A stretch of 64,000 nucleotides of DNA from Hypanus sabinus (lineage: Eukaryota), in NCBI RefSeq assembly GCF_030144855.1, contig NC_082722.1, positions 27,094,001 through 27,158,000 on the forward strand, given 5' to 3'. The translations under genes were made by a program, and so were the position numbers. The notes under the pieces were generated by a model. The model saw only the letters and a list, made by a program, of their open reading frames with translations. It made no database searches and was not told where the DNA came from. Below are positions 1 through 11,648 of the stretch, in pieces. Position 1 is the first letter of the stretch; every line of letters starts with the position of its first letter.

Positions 1-2177
1 CAGACAGACAATACCAAACAGGGGGAGGCCCCTATCAGAGGCCTGGCAAGAGATAATCACCCTCCAGAATCTGTACGTAGCTTAACTTCCCCGACTGTCC
101 TTCCACGTCAGATGCCTCAGCAGTTGAAGGCTGTTCAAAATTGAATAGTCATCTAGTGGATAATTTACAGCGGTGGAGATCAGGACCTTGACGGATTATG
201 GTAGAATAAATAACGGAATAATATTCCATATTCAAGGAATGTAATGTGGCCTAATTGAATAGAGAACAAAAATCACTCATGACCCAGCTTGTTGGATCAT
301 TGAATATACAATGCAGGGAATATTCGGCAGATCGGGTTAGCATGGACAGGCAGATCAATTGAATTAACACGTCAATTTACCTTCCTTTCTCAGAATTGTG
401 TTTCTGGACTTCTGAACCCACAATCATAACTTATGAATTCAGGACCCTCCATTATCATCGAAATAAATAGGTACATTCTTGTGTTTTCTTTCCTATTTTA
501 TCTGCCTATTTAAAAGGCCCATAGTTTTTGTTCAATTCCGACAAAGTATCACGTCGATTTAGATTAGATATATTTTCACTTCTTGTTTATAATTCTCCAA
601 TGCGATCATTTGTATGCAAGACTCCGCAAGTTTCTGTAAAAAAACGTACGGAATAGAATTTTAATGCATTTTTCATTTTACCAAGAATGCCTTGTGTTTA
701 TGAGAACTAACACGCTGCCTGAGAATAGAATGTCACTCGTGACTCTGCTGGTGGCATCATGGAAATGTGTGGTCAAAGTCTGCTCCTCTCTGAAACATGC
801 ATGTAGCAGACAGCTTGTGGTAACACCTAAGAGTAGGTCAATGCGTTTAATTTAAGTAACTTATTTGACATCGAGCTTCTGTCAGCTAGATGTTTCTCAA
901 GTTGTGCTGCAACGTTTATACATCCTGTTTCTGTGCTATGTTCATTCTGGAAATATATATAAGAAAAAAATTAACAAACAGCTAATAATTGATATTTATG
1001 CGTGAATCATTCTCTGAGAGCATTGAATGGAGTACAGATTAAACCGATTTCTGGGGAATGCATACTCTTTCCTAGTTAAATAAATGAGGGACCGCAGCTA
1101 GTAGATATTTAGTTCAATTTCATGTCGTCTTCGCAACAGACATCTTCGCCGAAAGTCATTTTCCTGTGCTGCACTGGTCCGTCGATATATTAAAAGCAGT
1201 GTTATTGGACCAAGGAACAGGTAGAAAATATTACATCAAGTAGCAATGTCGAGAGTCTACTCTTGAAATACTCTTTTCATGATACTTTTGAAAACGTAAA
1301 TGAATGGAGAAGTAAGGTCATCTCATTTTGTGTTCGGCTCATATCAAGTTACATCGTCAATTGGAAAGCAGGGTCATTATGGAAAACAGCTTTGCAGATG
1401 GTTGCAATCCACCGTTAAGCAGAAAACATCGAGAGCCTTCTATGGAAAGAGGAAAATACAGATCACTTCTCCTCATGACTCAATGATCAACCTGAAGTGT
1501 TCACACTATTTCTCACAGCTTTCGCTGCGTGGCTTGTTGAGTGTTTCCTATGACTTCCACGCAGTACTATCGAACGGTAGCTTTAATTTTGCAGTAACCT
1601 AACTCCAATTCATCTCCCTATTATATATTACAGAATAATCAACATTCAGTTGAAACATTTATCCTGAAAAAACCTTGTTGGAAACATTTCGGAATATCTT
1701 TGTAATGAAGGCAGAGCTATTTATCGGCGCTATTTTATAAAGGATTATATCGTCCGGTGGACAAAATTGTCTCACAAATTAGAAATCTAGATTTGCAGTC
1801 AATGATTTGGCCTAAACAGAGCTGTACTTGACATTTAACAACGTCTTGATTTTTCTGAGAATGTCATACATTCGAACAATTGAAAATGATAAAAACAATA
1901 GATCAAATACACAAAAAAGAACAAAATACCTCATACTTTACTGTGCTTTCCCGCCCCAGCTAATGCTGAACTAATATATGCTGGTGAAAATATAGAGATG
2001 TAGGGTTTATCTCTAACGCACTTAGAACTAAGATTGTATCCACATTTTTATTCAATTGCCACCTAAGAGCTACCACCACAATCCCAACAGAGCTCAAACG
2101 AGATAACTTTTATCAGCAAACTTGTTTTTAAGTGTTTAATTACCGGTCCAAGTTACTGCTCCATTCTTACATATCAT

Positions 2178-3960
2178 AAAGAATGGACTAATGGAGAGCA
2201 GAGAGTGGTTCATGGGAAACAAATCGCAGTCCTCTCATCTTTAGGATATATGTGTTGACAAAAAGGAATATCTGAAGGTCAAGGCAGAAATCTCGACAGA
2301 AAACTTAACTTCTGGAAATAGTGTTTTCTGCCGCAAACACATTTTCGTCACAAATTACATGTAACGTAAAACTGAGCTGTCTTTCATTAGCATTGTCTCT
2401 CATGATTTATCAGATCCACAGCAGGAAAAGGTTCCCAATGTCCGTACCCTCTCCCCGCTAAACTCCGCAACAAACAGACCTCAAATACATCCCTATGGAT
2501 CCAATAGACAAAATGTGTGTTACCTATGATTGACTTTACGCCGCCAGCAGCTACATAATTTTAGATCAAAGAGGACAGGAGATAGAATTTAATTATGGTG
2601 ACAAAGCTTTTTTATGAAAGCAGCATAACATCCTCAGCATTTTATGGAAATTCGGAAACATAACTGCTCAAAATGGCGGTGTGTTTGACATGGTATTCAG
2701 AAACTTAACTCCGTTCGTAGGAAACACATGGAAGCTCAGTCTTGTTCTATCTCCAACCAAGATGTCTTTGAATATTCTTCGTTCTCATTTTTAACTGGAT
2801 AACAATTTATGCCCTGCCAGGTTACGCACATGAGTGCGTGCTAACATTTTTTTTCTTTCAGTATTGAGTTAAAATTTTTCCCCCGTGGACTATCCTATTG
2901 TCTCCCGTTTATTGGGTGGAAATGTAAGAGATTCTTGAAATAGCAGCATTTCCCCCAGTGGAACTGTTCATGTTGATAGGATTTAAAATGGAACCTCGGA
3001 ACTGCAATCCATTATTTGCGGCCCCCTCCACGCGCCTTTTACAGATTTCATCGCAGTACCTCTTGAATCTTTGTCATCATTAAACTGAATAACTTTCTGA
3101 TTCAACTCTTTAACCTCTCTTTATGTGATCAACGTCCTATACCGGGAATCTATCTCTGTCACAGACAGCGTTTGTTGCTGCTTTTCGCTGATTACTTCGT
3201 GCGAGCTGGTAACAGCAGCGAGTACGAAACCTATGTGTTATGGAGCCTACTTTGAAACATAAACAGACTATAATCTGTCACTGGAATAAATTTATGAAGA
3301 TTTCACATTACATGCTTTTGTTTCATGAAACTTAAGCATTTAAATTGCATGAAAATTGCTGAAGTAATAGGCCGAATACGCGACCATATGTCGTTGCTCT
3401 TCGTCATTAATTCTCACAATCTAAAATCATACATTGCACCGGAATACATATTCAGGACGACGTCCGGGAGAATGTACTCGCTGTTCAAACAAGGCTCCTT
3501 CATCAATTTCCTTTTTGTTTTGCAATCCAGACATTAAGCAGTGGTTCATTAGTATAACTTTTATAACAAACCCCTGAAGGAAATTATCAAGAGAAGCACT
3601 TTTTTTTTTCATTTATTTAACACCGTCCCTACCCGACACGGCTTAAACCTTTTGGCTGTGTGAGCGAAACTGTTTTCCTCGCTGCGGTAAGAAACCAGCA
3701 GAATGCTATTTCACCGAAGATATATGATTGAAATCGAGAAAAACTGCAAAGGTAAATAGGTATGAAGAAATGCTGTTATTGTTTTTGCACGCCTGTCTTA
3801 CTAGACATTCTTCAAATCCCAAGCGGATTTCCATCTTTACCATCAAAATGCTCATAGTACAGATTTGAATTTCTATGTCAGTAAAGTTTGGATAATTTCT
3901 GAATACAGCAAGAACGCAACATTTCCAGCATTATCACGAAAGCACGAGATAGGCCATGTA
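2178..3960 (+). repeat. Segmental duplication block C (paralog of 54154-55888)
   Basis: Colinear match from aagaatggactaatggag to ggccatg, roughly 85-94% identical by eye. Confidence 0.9.
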
Positions 3961-4681
3961 AGAATTACCTCCCCAATGGTCCCCTCAAGGCGACCAACAT
4001 GTTCGCCCGTATTATCAACCATCCGGGTGAGTGGGGGAGGTTTGGGGCGGCAAGCAAAAACAGAACGATAAAACCTTGACCTAATTCCTCCTGAAAAGGT
4101 AATTGGGACTCTGGGTCTCTTGCATGAATTTCTAAGTTAAAAACTGTGCGGAACTCTGGCTTGCGAGAGTTCGGGGAAAAAAAGAAACAAAACAAAACAG
4201 TATTTGTGTCTGCTGGGTCCTTGCTTGACGTGAGTGTTCTGTCACGAGGTGGGGAAAAGGGTGCTGGGAGAGGACCCACAAGCAGGACACAATTAAGGTG
4301 ATCGACATGAAACGTCTAAATGTATTGTCCTCTCCCATTTTGAATTTAATCCAAAAAATTAAAAATCTCTAACGACATCTTGGGAAAGAGAAAAAGTTAT
4401 CCTTTCAGACTGAACACCCCTCCCCAGAAAGTAACGTAAACGTTATTTGTTTCTCTTTGCTCTGGTGCTTGCTGACCTACTGTGCGCTTTATTTATTTTA
4501 CTTCAGAGTTCCAGCAGTTCAATGTTATTAAACTTGGCTCACTTGGATTCTCCTGACTGCATATAATAAACCTTTATCGGTTGTAAACCCAACTGTCTAG
4601 AACTGGAAACGTCTACTTGTGTTCCATTACTCACCTTCCCAATTTTAGGGCATTTTTTTTTATTTTTATTTAACGATCATT

Positions 4682-5640
4682 TGTCACGAGGTGGGGACAA
4701 GTGTGCTGGGAGAGGACCCACAAGCAGGACACAAACGCATCCTTCTTAGCTACAATAAAATAGCGTTTATTCCTCGCTACACGGAAGATCGGGAAATCTA
4801 GGACAAAGAGGAACACGAACCTCGGATTAGGGGACCAGGGACTAGGATCTCCGCGGACCTGGGACTTGGAAACAGGGAATTGGGATCGCCGCCGCTATGA
4901 CTGGACAGCGAGAAAACGGACAGCCAGGGACTTGGACCCTGCGGACTGGGACTGCCATGGCCCTTGGACTTTGAGTCTAGGACCCTGATTCATTGCCGCC
5001 AGACACTTGGATACCAGGTATCGCTGCAGCCAGAAATGTGGACACCAAAACACAGGACAAGGAATCTCGAACCAGGACTCTTGCGTCAACTCGGGCACTG
5101 AGCCGAAAGTCATCTTCAGGGGGTAGACACAAAACACTGGGCATGACATCGAGCCAGAACGCTGCTTTCAACTCAGGCATTGAGCCGTGATTCTTCTTCG
5201 GGGAGGGTGGGGGTGTTGGTAGACACAGACAATGGTTATAAACGTCGAGTCAGGACTCCGCCTTCCACTCAGTCACCGAGGCGAGATTTTTCGAAGGGTA
5301 AGTATGGACAAGGGGCATAAACGTCGAGTCAGGACTCCGCCTTCAACTCACCCCTGGTAGATTCATCTTGTCCGGACCCACTCTGGTGACGGAAGACGAA
5401 TGGCTGGTACTCCAATGCGGGCTGGATAACTTTGGCTTGTCGTGGCGGCGACTTGCGAAAGCTTCTTAACACTCTCGCACCGAACGGCTAAAGCCAGGGC
5501 CTTATAAGCTGCCGGTTCGGGTCGAGGGTAGATTACCTTGATTGTCAACATTGTGAAACGGAATTAGACGGGAACAAGGCGTCAATGGTCCGAATCGCAA
5601 CCTAATTAAATTTAAAGAGGAACCGATTCAGACCATGACA
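4682..5640. mobile_element. Solo LTR (Gypsy-like), about 960 bp
   Basis: TGTCA...TGACA termini, flanks tcatt/tcttt (5-bp TSD with one mismatch), internal short tandem repeats and a duplicated ataaacgtcgagtcaggactccgcctt motif. Confidence 0.6.
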
Positions 5641-6439
5641 TCTTTGCTGCTCAACTTTTCATATCACCAAAACACGGCTGTCGGATATCATTGGCTTCAT
5701 GATCGTCGTACTCTGTTGAAACTTCTATCAGCGTTCGCATCACTTCCCGAAATGAAGGACCGCTTCTGAGAGTAATGTCTAAGTTGAAGCTGAAAAGTTG
5801 AAGACAAAGTATTTACCGTTGCTTTATTTCTGCAGAATGCTGTTATTTTTCCAACCAAATCAAATGCTATTTTACCCAATTACTGTAACGGGCATGTCCA
5901 ATTGCTCTGCTTATTTTGATTGTAATTTAATTGATTCACCAGCAACACCAATCAGCTCAACAGCGGGCAAGCTGCCCCTTCCATATTTCCTAACTCAGTT
6001 CATCCAGGCTGGAACGGTCCATCAGGTCTTGCCATTTGTACAAATTTCCTTAAACTAGAAAATGCGACTTTGAAGATCACAGACCCTAATTGCACCATGG
6101 GTACAAAACCTGGTCACGCAATGATTACAATAATTTGACGGGGTGGATGATGTAAACGCATCGGATAAAGCCTATGCACTAAACTTGGAAGGGCAGAAGG
6201 GATATGAAATAAGAGACGAAAAAAGAGATGGTCAGACCTGAGAAACTGCTCCAATTGATAGGCCGGTTATAAGTGATTGTTTGGAAATCTAACGTAAACG
6301 TAGCGACTTGCAGCCTGAAATGTGTCTGGCATCATACGCGGACAAAATGTTTTACAAACCATTTTAATCATTTTCTATTATTAGAAATTCCGAAGCAAAC
6401 TTAGATAATGATCACTGACCTTTGTATCAGTTATCAATA

Positions 6440-6760
6440 CTGAATAGTTTTTTTAAAAAATTTTACAACAGGCTGAACAAGCTTCGGTTGAGCACTCGTT
6501 ATGTACCTCCACGACCTCCGCTACCCCCTCCGGCTCCATGCACATGTTTGCACTCTCAGTCCTGATTGGTCCCATTCCCTCACGGCTCAGACTCCTGCTT
6601 TTCCACATACTTGTAGAAGGCCTGGGTATTTTTCTTAATCCTGCTCGCCAAGGTGTTCTCATGCTCCCTTCCAGCTCGCTTAATTTCATTATTGAGCTCC
6701 TTCCTGCAGCCGTGTAATATTCTAGATGGTGCAATTCATAACAAATTCATAGATTACATG
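6440..6760 (-). mobile_element. CR1 ORF2 internal fragment
   Basis: Minus strand reads ttggcgagcaggattaagaaaaatacccaggccttctacaagtatg (LASRIKKNTQAFYKYV), typical of the CR1 inter-domain region. Confidence 0.7.
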
Positions 6761-7689
6761 AAATAATATGCACTTCAGGTCAAAGGGAACAAGATTGTCA
6801 TTTGATGACAATAACTTGTTCCAGACTAAGATGAGTAACAAAATACATTTGAGAAATTATTAAAAGTCCTGCCCTTTAATTTAAACGGTATAAATTTTCT
6901 TCATACGGACTCGCAGAAACACGAGAAAAATCGTGACAAAAAATTCAATTCGCATAAAATGTAGGAGCGCCGGGGACAAGATGTACCTTACTCGCAGGAA
7001 TTGAACAAAAGTCCTTATACATTAAAGAATGTGAATGCAGAAGATAGATACCATAGCAAAGAGGCTTACGACCGGACACACGAATGTGCAGTGAATTATG
7101 GGATATATAGCATATTCAGCTGGCAAAGATTTAGTTTATTTTGACATCTTGTTCGCGACAGACAGCTTTGCCGAATGTTCTATTCCTGTGCTGTACTCAT
7201 CCATCTTATATAAAAAGCAGTGTTAATGGGGTAAAGAACAGATAGACAAATGACATGGTGAGATAATGCCGAAAGCTGCCTTTTATTCAAAAAATTCCAC
7301 GATGCATTTAAAGACGGTTGAAAGCGGAAGGAGGATCATGCCCCCACCTGTTCATTGCATATCACGTTAGGCGGTTAATGGAAAGCTGGGTAATTATTGG
7401 AAAACAGCATTGTGGAAGTTTGTAAGCTGAAATAAAGCAAACAACATGAAGAAGCCTTGGCCCGTCAGGAACTTTCTCCAAGGAGGGGACAATATGAAAC
7501 ATTGCTGTTCATGTCCGAGTGAAAAACTATCAACTTGAAGTGTTAAAACGATTTCTCACTTTGCCCATGGAGTCGAGCCTGTCACCCCTGCCCAATGGTA
7601 TCAAACAGCTGCATTAATTTTGCAGTCCAATACAGCTTCTTATTATCTCAGCAAAAGAATAAAGAACTTTCAGTCGAAATGCTTATAGT

Positions 7690-8071
7690 ATCACGAGAGG
7701 CTGGATAAACTTGGGTTGTTTTCATTGGGGTGTCGGAGGCTGAGGGCTGATCCGATAGAGGTTTACAAGAATATTAGAAGCATTAATAGTGCATTGAGAA
7801 TATTTGTTGTACAAGTTTGAAACGTGAAATAAAATTGAAGCTGAGAGGAGGTGGGTACAATGGAGATGTGAAAGAAATGTTTTTTTACTCAGAGAGACAT
7901 CGATGTCTGGAATGCCCTCCTTGGTATTGTGATGGCGGCAAGTATGGAAGCTTACGGAATATGCAACAACTTTGTTGGGTACGATTAGTGTTTGAGTGTA
8001 TTGGTTTGCTTTTTAACTGGGTTGGCAGCATTGTGGGTTGGATGGTCTGTTCCTGTGCTGTTCTCTTATGG
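7690..8071 (+). mobile_element. CR1 3' fragment
   Basis: ERLDKLGLFSLGCRRLRADPIEVYK motif of the CR1 ORF2 C-terminus, followed by 3' UTR. Confidence 0.75.
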
Positions 8072-8595
8072 CAGGGTTTCCCAAGCTGGGGTACCCGCAC
8101 CCCTAGGGGGCGCGAGATGGAATTTCAGGGCGTGTGACAAAGAGTGCCTTGTGTCCTTGAGTGACGAGTCACGAGTCATCACTCAGCCAGCTGCCAGTGT
8201 GCCTGGAGAAGTGGTAGTAACGTCTGACCCAAATACACTCCAGTCTCCCTCTGCCCGAGTCAGTGTTACTGGGAAGTTACACCTCAGAGTTGAGGCGTCT
8301 CATCGGTGTTAGCTAGAAGGACACATCTCAGAGTTAAAAATCATCTCATAATGTCAAAATCTTTATACATCCCGAATTAACCATCGAGTAAGACGTCGCA
8401 TTAAAACCAAACCCGCAGACAGTAGGAAAATTATTCAATTATAAAATTTTAGAAAGACGCATTTTGATAAAAAAGCAGCTGAATTCATTCATTCGTATTT
8501 GTCTCAATGCATTAAAGAAGTTTTGAACTTCAAAGGTGTTTTTTTTCTCTTAAAAGGTTTTTTTGTTGAATCGATGATAATTTTGGATTGTGTTA

Positions 8596-8666
8596 GTTGT
8601 GGAGGTATCATGGTTAGCACCGAGGACTTTGAATCTTGTGATGGGAGTCATATCTCCGGTAATCTT
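8596..8666 (+). pseudogene. Degenerate tRNA-Gln(TTG) pseudogene or tRNA-derived head
   Basis: atggttagcac (D arm) and ggactttgaatc (anticodon arm, TTG) match vertebrate tRNA-Gln; acceptor stem and T arm are decayed. Confidence 0.6.
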
Positions 8667-8824
8667 TGGAAATAGGTGTGTAAATTCAGTAGTGAGTAGT
8701 CTACTAAGTATCGTCGCGTCCCCATAGCATTTCCAGCTGACGATTTATCTTGGCATAACAGCAGACAACATCATAATATAATATTCAGAAGCGTATTTCT
8801 TGCGATACTTTACTATAGGCGTCA

Positions 8825-9490
8825 CAAGTGAATCTGCAGATGCTGGAAATAAATAAATAAAAACACAAAATGGTGGTAGAACTCAGCAGGCCAGACAGCA
8901 TCTATGGCAGGAGGTAGTGACGACTTTTCTGGCCAAAACACTTAATCAGGAGTGAAGTAACATGGGATGGTCGAGGTGGGATAAGAAGTGGGGGGAGGGA
9001 TGAAGTAGAGAACTGGGAAGTGAGAGGCTGAAGGGAAATGGGCTAGGGGGAAGTGGAGAATTATTGAAAATAAAAGAGAAAGACAGGTAGGGCTGTGGAA
9101 GTTTATAGTGATGGGGGAAAAAGAGAGAGAAAGAGAACCAGACTAAAATTATAGATAGGGATAGTGTAAGCGGGGCGGGGGTGGGGCAGGGGTATTAACG
9201 TATGTCTGTGAGTTGAATGTTCATGCCGGCAGGTAGGAGGCTACCTAGGCGGGAGATAAGGTATTGCTTTATCAACCTGCGGGTGGCATCATCTTGATGG
9301 TATAGGAGGTCATGGACAGACATATCTGCGTGGGAGTGGTCTGTGGAATTGAAGTGTGTGGCCACAGGGAGATGCCGCCACAGCTGGAGGACTGAGCGCC
9401 GGTGTTCCGCGAAACCGACTCTCAGTCTGCGGCGGGTCTCCCCAATTTATAAATGGCCACATCGGGAGCACCATATACAATATATCACCA
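8825..9490 (-). mobile_element. Penelope-like element, 3' fragment (GIY-YIG endonuclease end)
   Basis: Minus strand: VIYCIWCSRCG...IGETRRRL...VATHFNS...ISRLGSLLPAGMNI, then a pyrimidine-rich 3' UTR and ccagcatctgcaga tail. Confidence 0.85.
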
Positions 9491-11648
9491 CAGCGTCTCT
9501 AGTTGAGTAAAGCAGACATCCCTGACTTAGGCAGAAAGTTTTTCTCACATTAGCTCATGATTTTCTCTTTACCTTTAACCCTTCATCACGTCAAAAAGAA
9601 GGAAATGGAATGATGACTATGTGTGCTTTGGTTTCAATTGCAAAACAGGAAATGATGGCTTGAAAAACCCACAGTGCATTCTTGTAGCGTTGTGTATTCC
9701 CACTCAAATCTGAAGTCATCCAAGATTCAAGAGCACTTCAAGAACAAGCATGGCGGAGCTGATATTGAAGGACATGATGTTGGGGCAGTGATAATCAGAA
9801 CAGCTCGTTTTGATTCACAAGGAACTCTTCCAAAATTAGAATTCGTTTCTCTTGAAAAAACACTAATTCTTGCTTCATACCAAGTGACATATAAAGTGGC
9901 TAAATTCAAGAAGCCCCATACAATTGCCGAAGATCTCATCAAGCCCTGTGCACTGGAAATGGCAATAATTTTCCTGGGCAAAGAAGCAATAAAAATATTT
10001 GAACAGGTGCCACTATCAAATAATGTCATTCAACACCGAAACAGTGACTTGTGTGAAGATATTTTAGATCAAGTCATCTCAGATGTCAGAGGTAGTCCTC
10101 TTAAAATCTCTATTCAGTTAGATGATTCAACTGATGTCTCGAGTTGCAGTCAACTCATTATATTTGTGAGGCTTGTTAATGATGGCGCTATGAAGGAAGA
10201 TGTCCTGTTTTGTAAATATCTGCAAAGAAACACAATTGCAAAAGGATGTGATGCAGCTGGAAAAAGACTTCTTCGCCAAACATGATTTATATATCAAAGT
10301 CATTGGTTCTATGTGCACTGATGGGGCACCTGCAATGCTTGGAAACAAAACGGGGCTTTTCTGTAATAATGAAAATGGAGATTCCAGACTTGCAGGTTAC
10401 CCATTGTTTTACTCATCGGCATGCTTTGTCATCAAAAACATTGCCTGCAAACTTGAAGAACGTCTTTAATACTTGAGTGAAGATCATCAACTGGATGGGC
10501 GGACGTGCATTGAACCATTGCATTTTCAAATCATTTTGTGAGGATTTGGGAAATGAGCATTCAGTTTTGCTTTTCCACACAGAAGTCCATTGGTTGTCAC
10601 GAGGACACGCTTTAACCCCCATCTTTGAACTGCGGGAAGAAATCAAAGTTTTTTTGGAGGAGCATGAATCTGATCTGGTTGGGGCAATGGAATCACAGGA
10701 ATTCGTCCAAATGCTGGCTTACTTAGTTGACATTTTCACTCGTATGAATGACCTGAGTGTTTCTCTTCAAGGAAAAGGGGTAAGCATTTTGGAGGCTTGT
10801 GAAATGTTGAATGTCTTCAAAGAAAAGTTACGTCTTTGCCGTCGAAGGATGGGAAGAGGCATTCTCTAAAAATTTCCTTCACTAGAAGAGATGGTTGATG
10901 ATGCTGGATCCATAACTCCTACTGTACGTTACAAAATTGTGGCTCATTTGGAAATACTGTCAAAATCGATTGATCGGTATTTTGTTGCCGGAGACCTGAA
11001 GATTTCAGAAGAATTGATCAGGAATCCATATTCCTAAAATTTGTAGAAAACGTCAGATGATGAAGAGCTGAAGGAAGATCTTATTGTTTTGTGGACAAAT
11101 CAAGCTCTTGAAATGCAATTTGAAAGCAAGACTTCGGAGGAGTTTTGATGTGCGGCACTGGATATATTCTCACGACTTGTTTCAAAAGCACTCCGTGTCC
11201 TCATTCCATTTGTAATAACTTAGTTGTCTGAATCTGGAATCAGTTCGCTTTTCTCAATCAAGAGAAAATCTAGAAATCGCCTGAATCCACAAGGAGACCT
11301 GCGGATCGCAGTCAGCAAGAAAGTTCCAAGTTTTGACAAAATCATAAATGGGAAGCAGGAGCAGAGAAGTCATTGAATTTTATGTTCACATTTGGGATTG
11401 ATTTTACAGTTTAAATTTTTTTCTGAATAATTTAGAATCTAATTGCTCGATTTATATTTGCATTTTATGCACTGAGTTTCAAGCTTTCTTTTAAGTTCAA
11501 TTTGTTCACCCGCAGTATTGTATGTGGTTCAAAACTTAGAAAGTAGACTTCGTAAACTTGAAAAGTGATATTACTTTTGTTTGGGGTGCGAACGTTAATC
11601 AAACATGTCCTAGAGGTATGGGACATAGAAAAGTTTTTCGAACGACTG

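Larger units (their letters stand above)
8072..11648 (+). mobile_element. hAT transposon, Buster/Charlie (ZBED5/ZBED8-like) type, defective
   Basis: Left end cagggtttcccaagctggggtacc, right end aaaagtttttcgaacgactg. Frameshifted transposase (about 9600-11375) with HTIAEDLIKP, SIQLDDSTD, CTDGAPAMLG, THCFTHRHAL, HTEVHWLSRG. Both flanks fit nnnTAnnn. Confidence 0.85.

Noticed and set aside
376-475. Candidate plus-strand exon (ccttcctttctcag|...aaatag|gtacat)
   Set aside because: Stops in all three frames and no linked exons found.
1545-1600. Faint U1 snRNA 3'-end resemblance on the minus strand (actgcaaaatt...actgcgt)
   Set aside because: Spacing is wrong and the rest of U1 is absent; likely chance.
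9674-10869. Domesticated ZBED/SCAND-type host gene
   Set aside because: Multiple frameshifts and stops plus retained TIR-like ends indicate a dead transposon.
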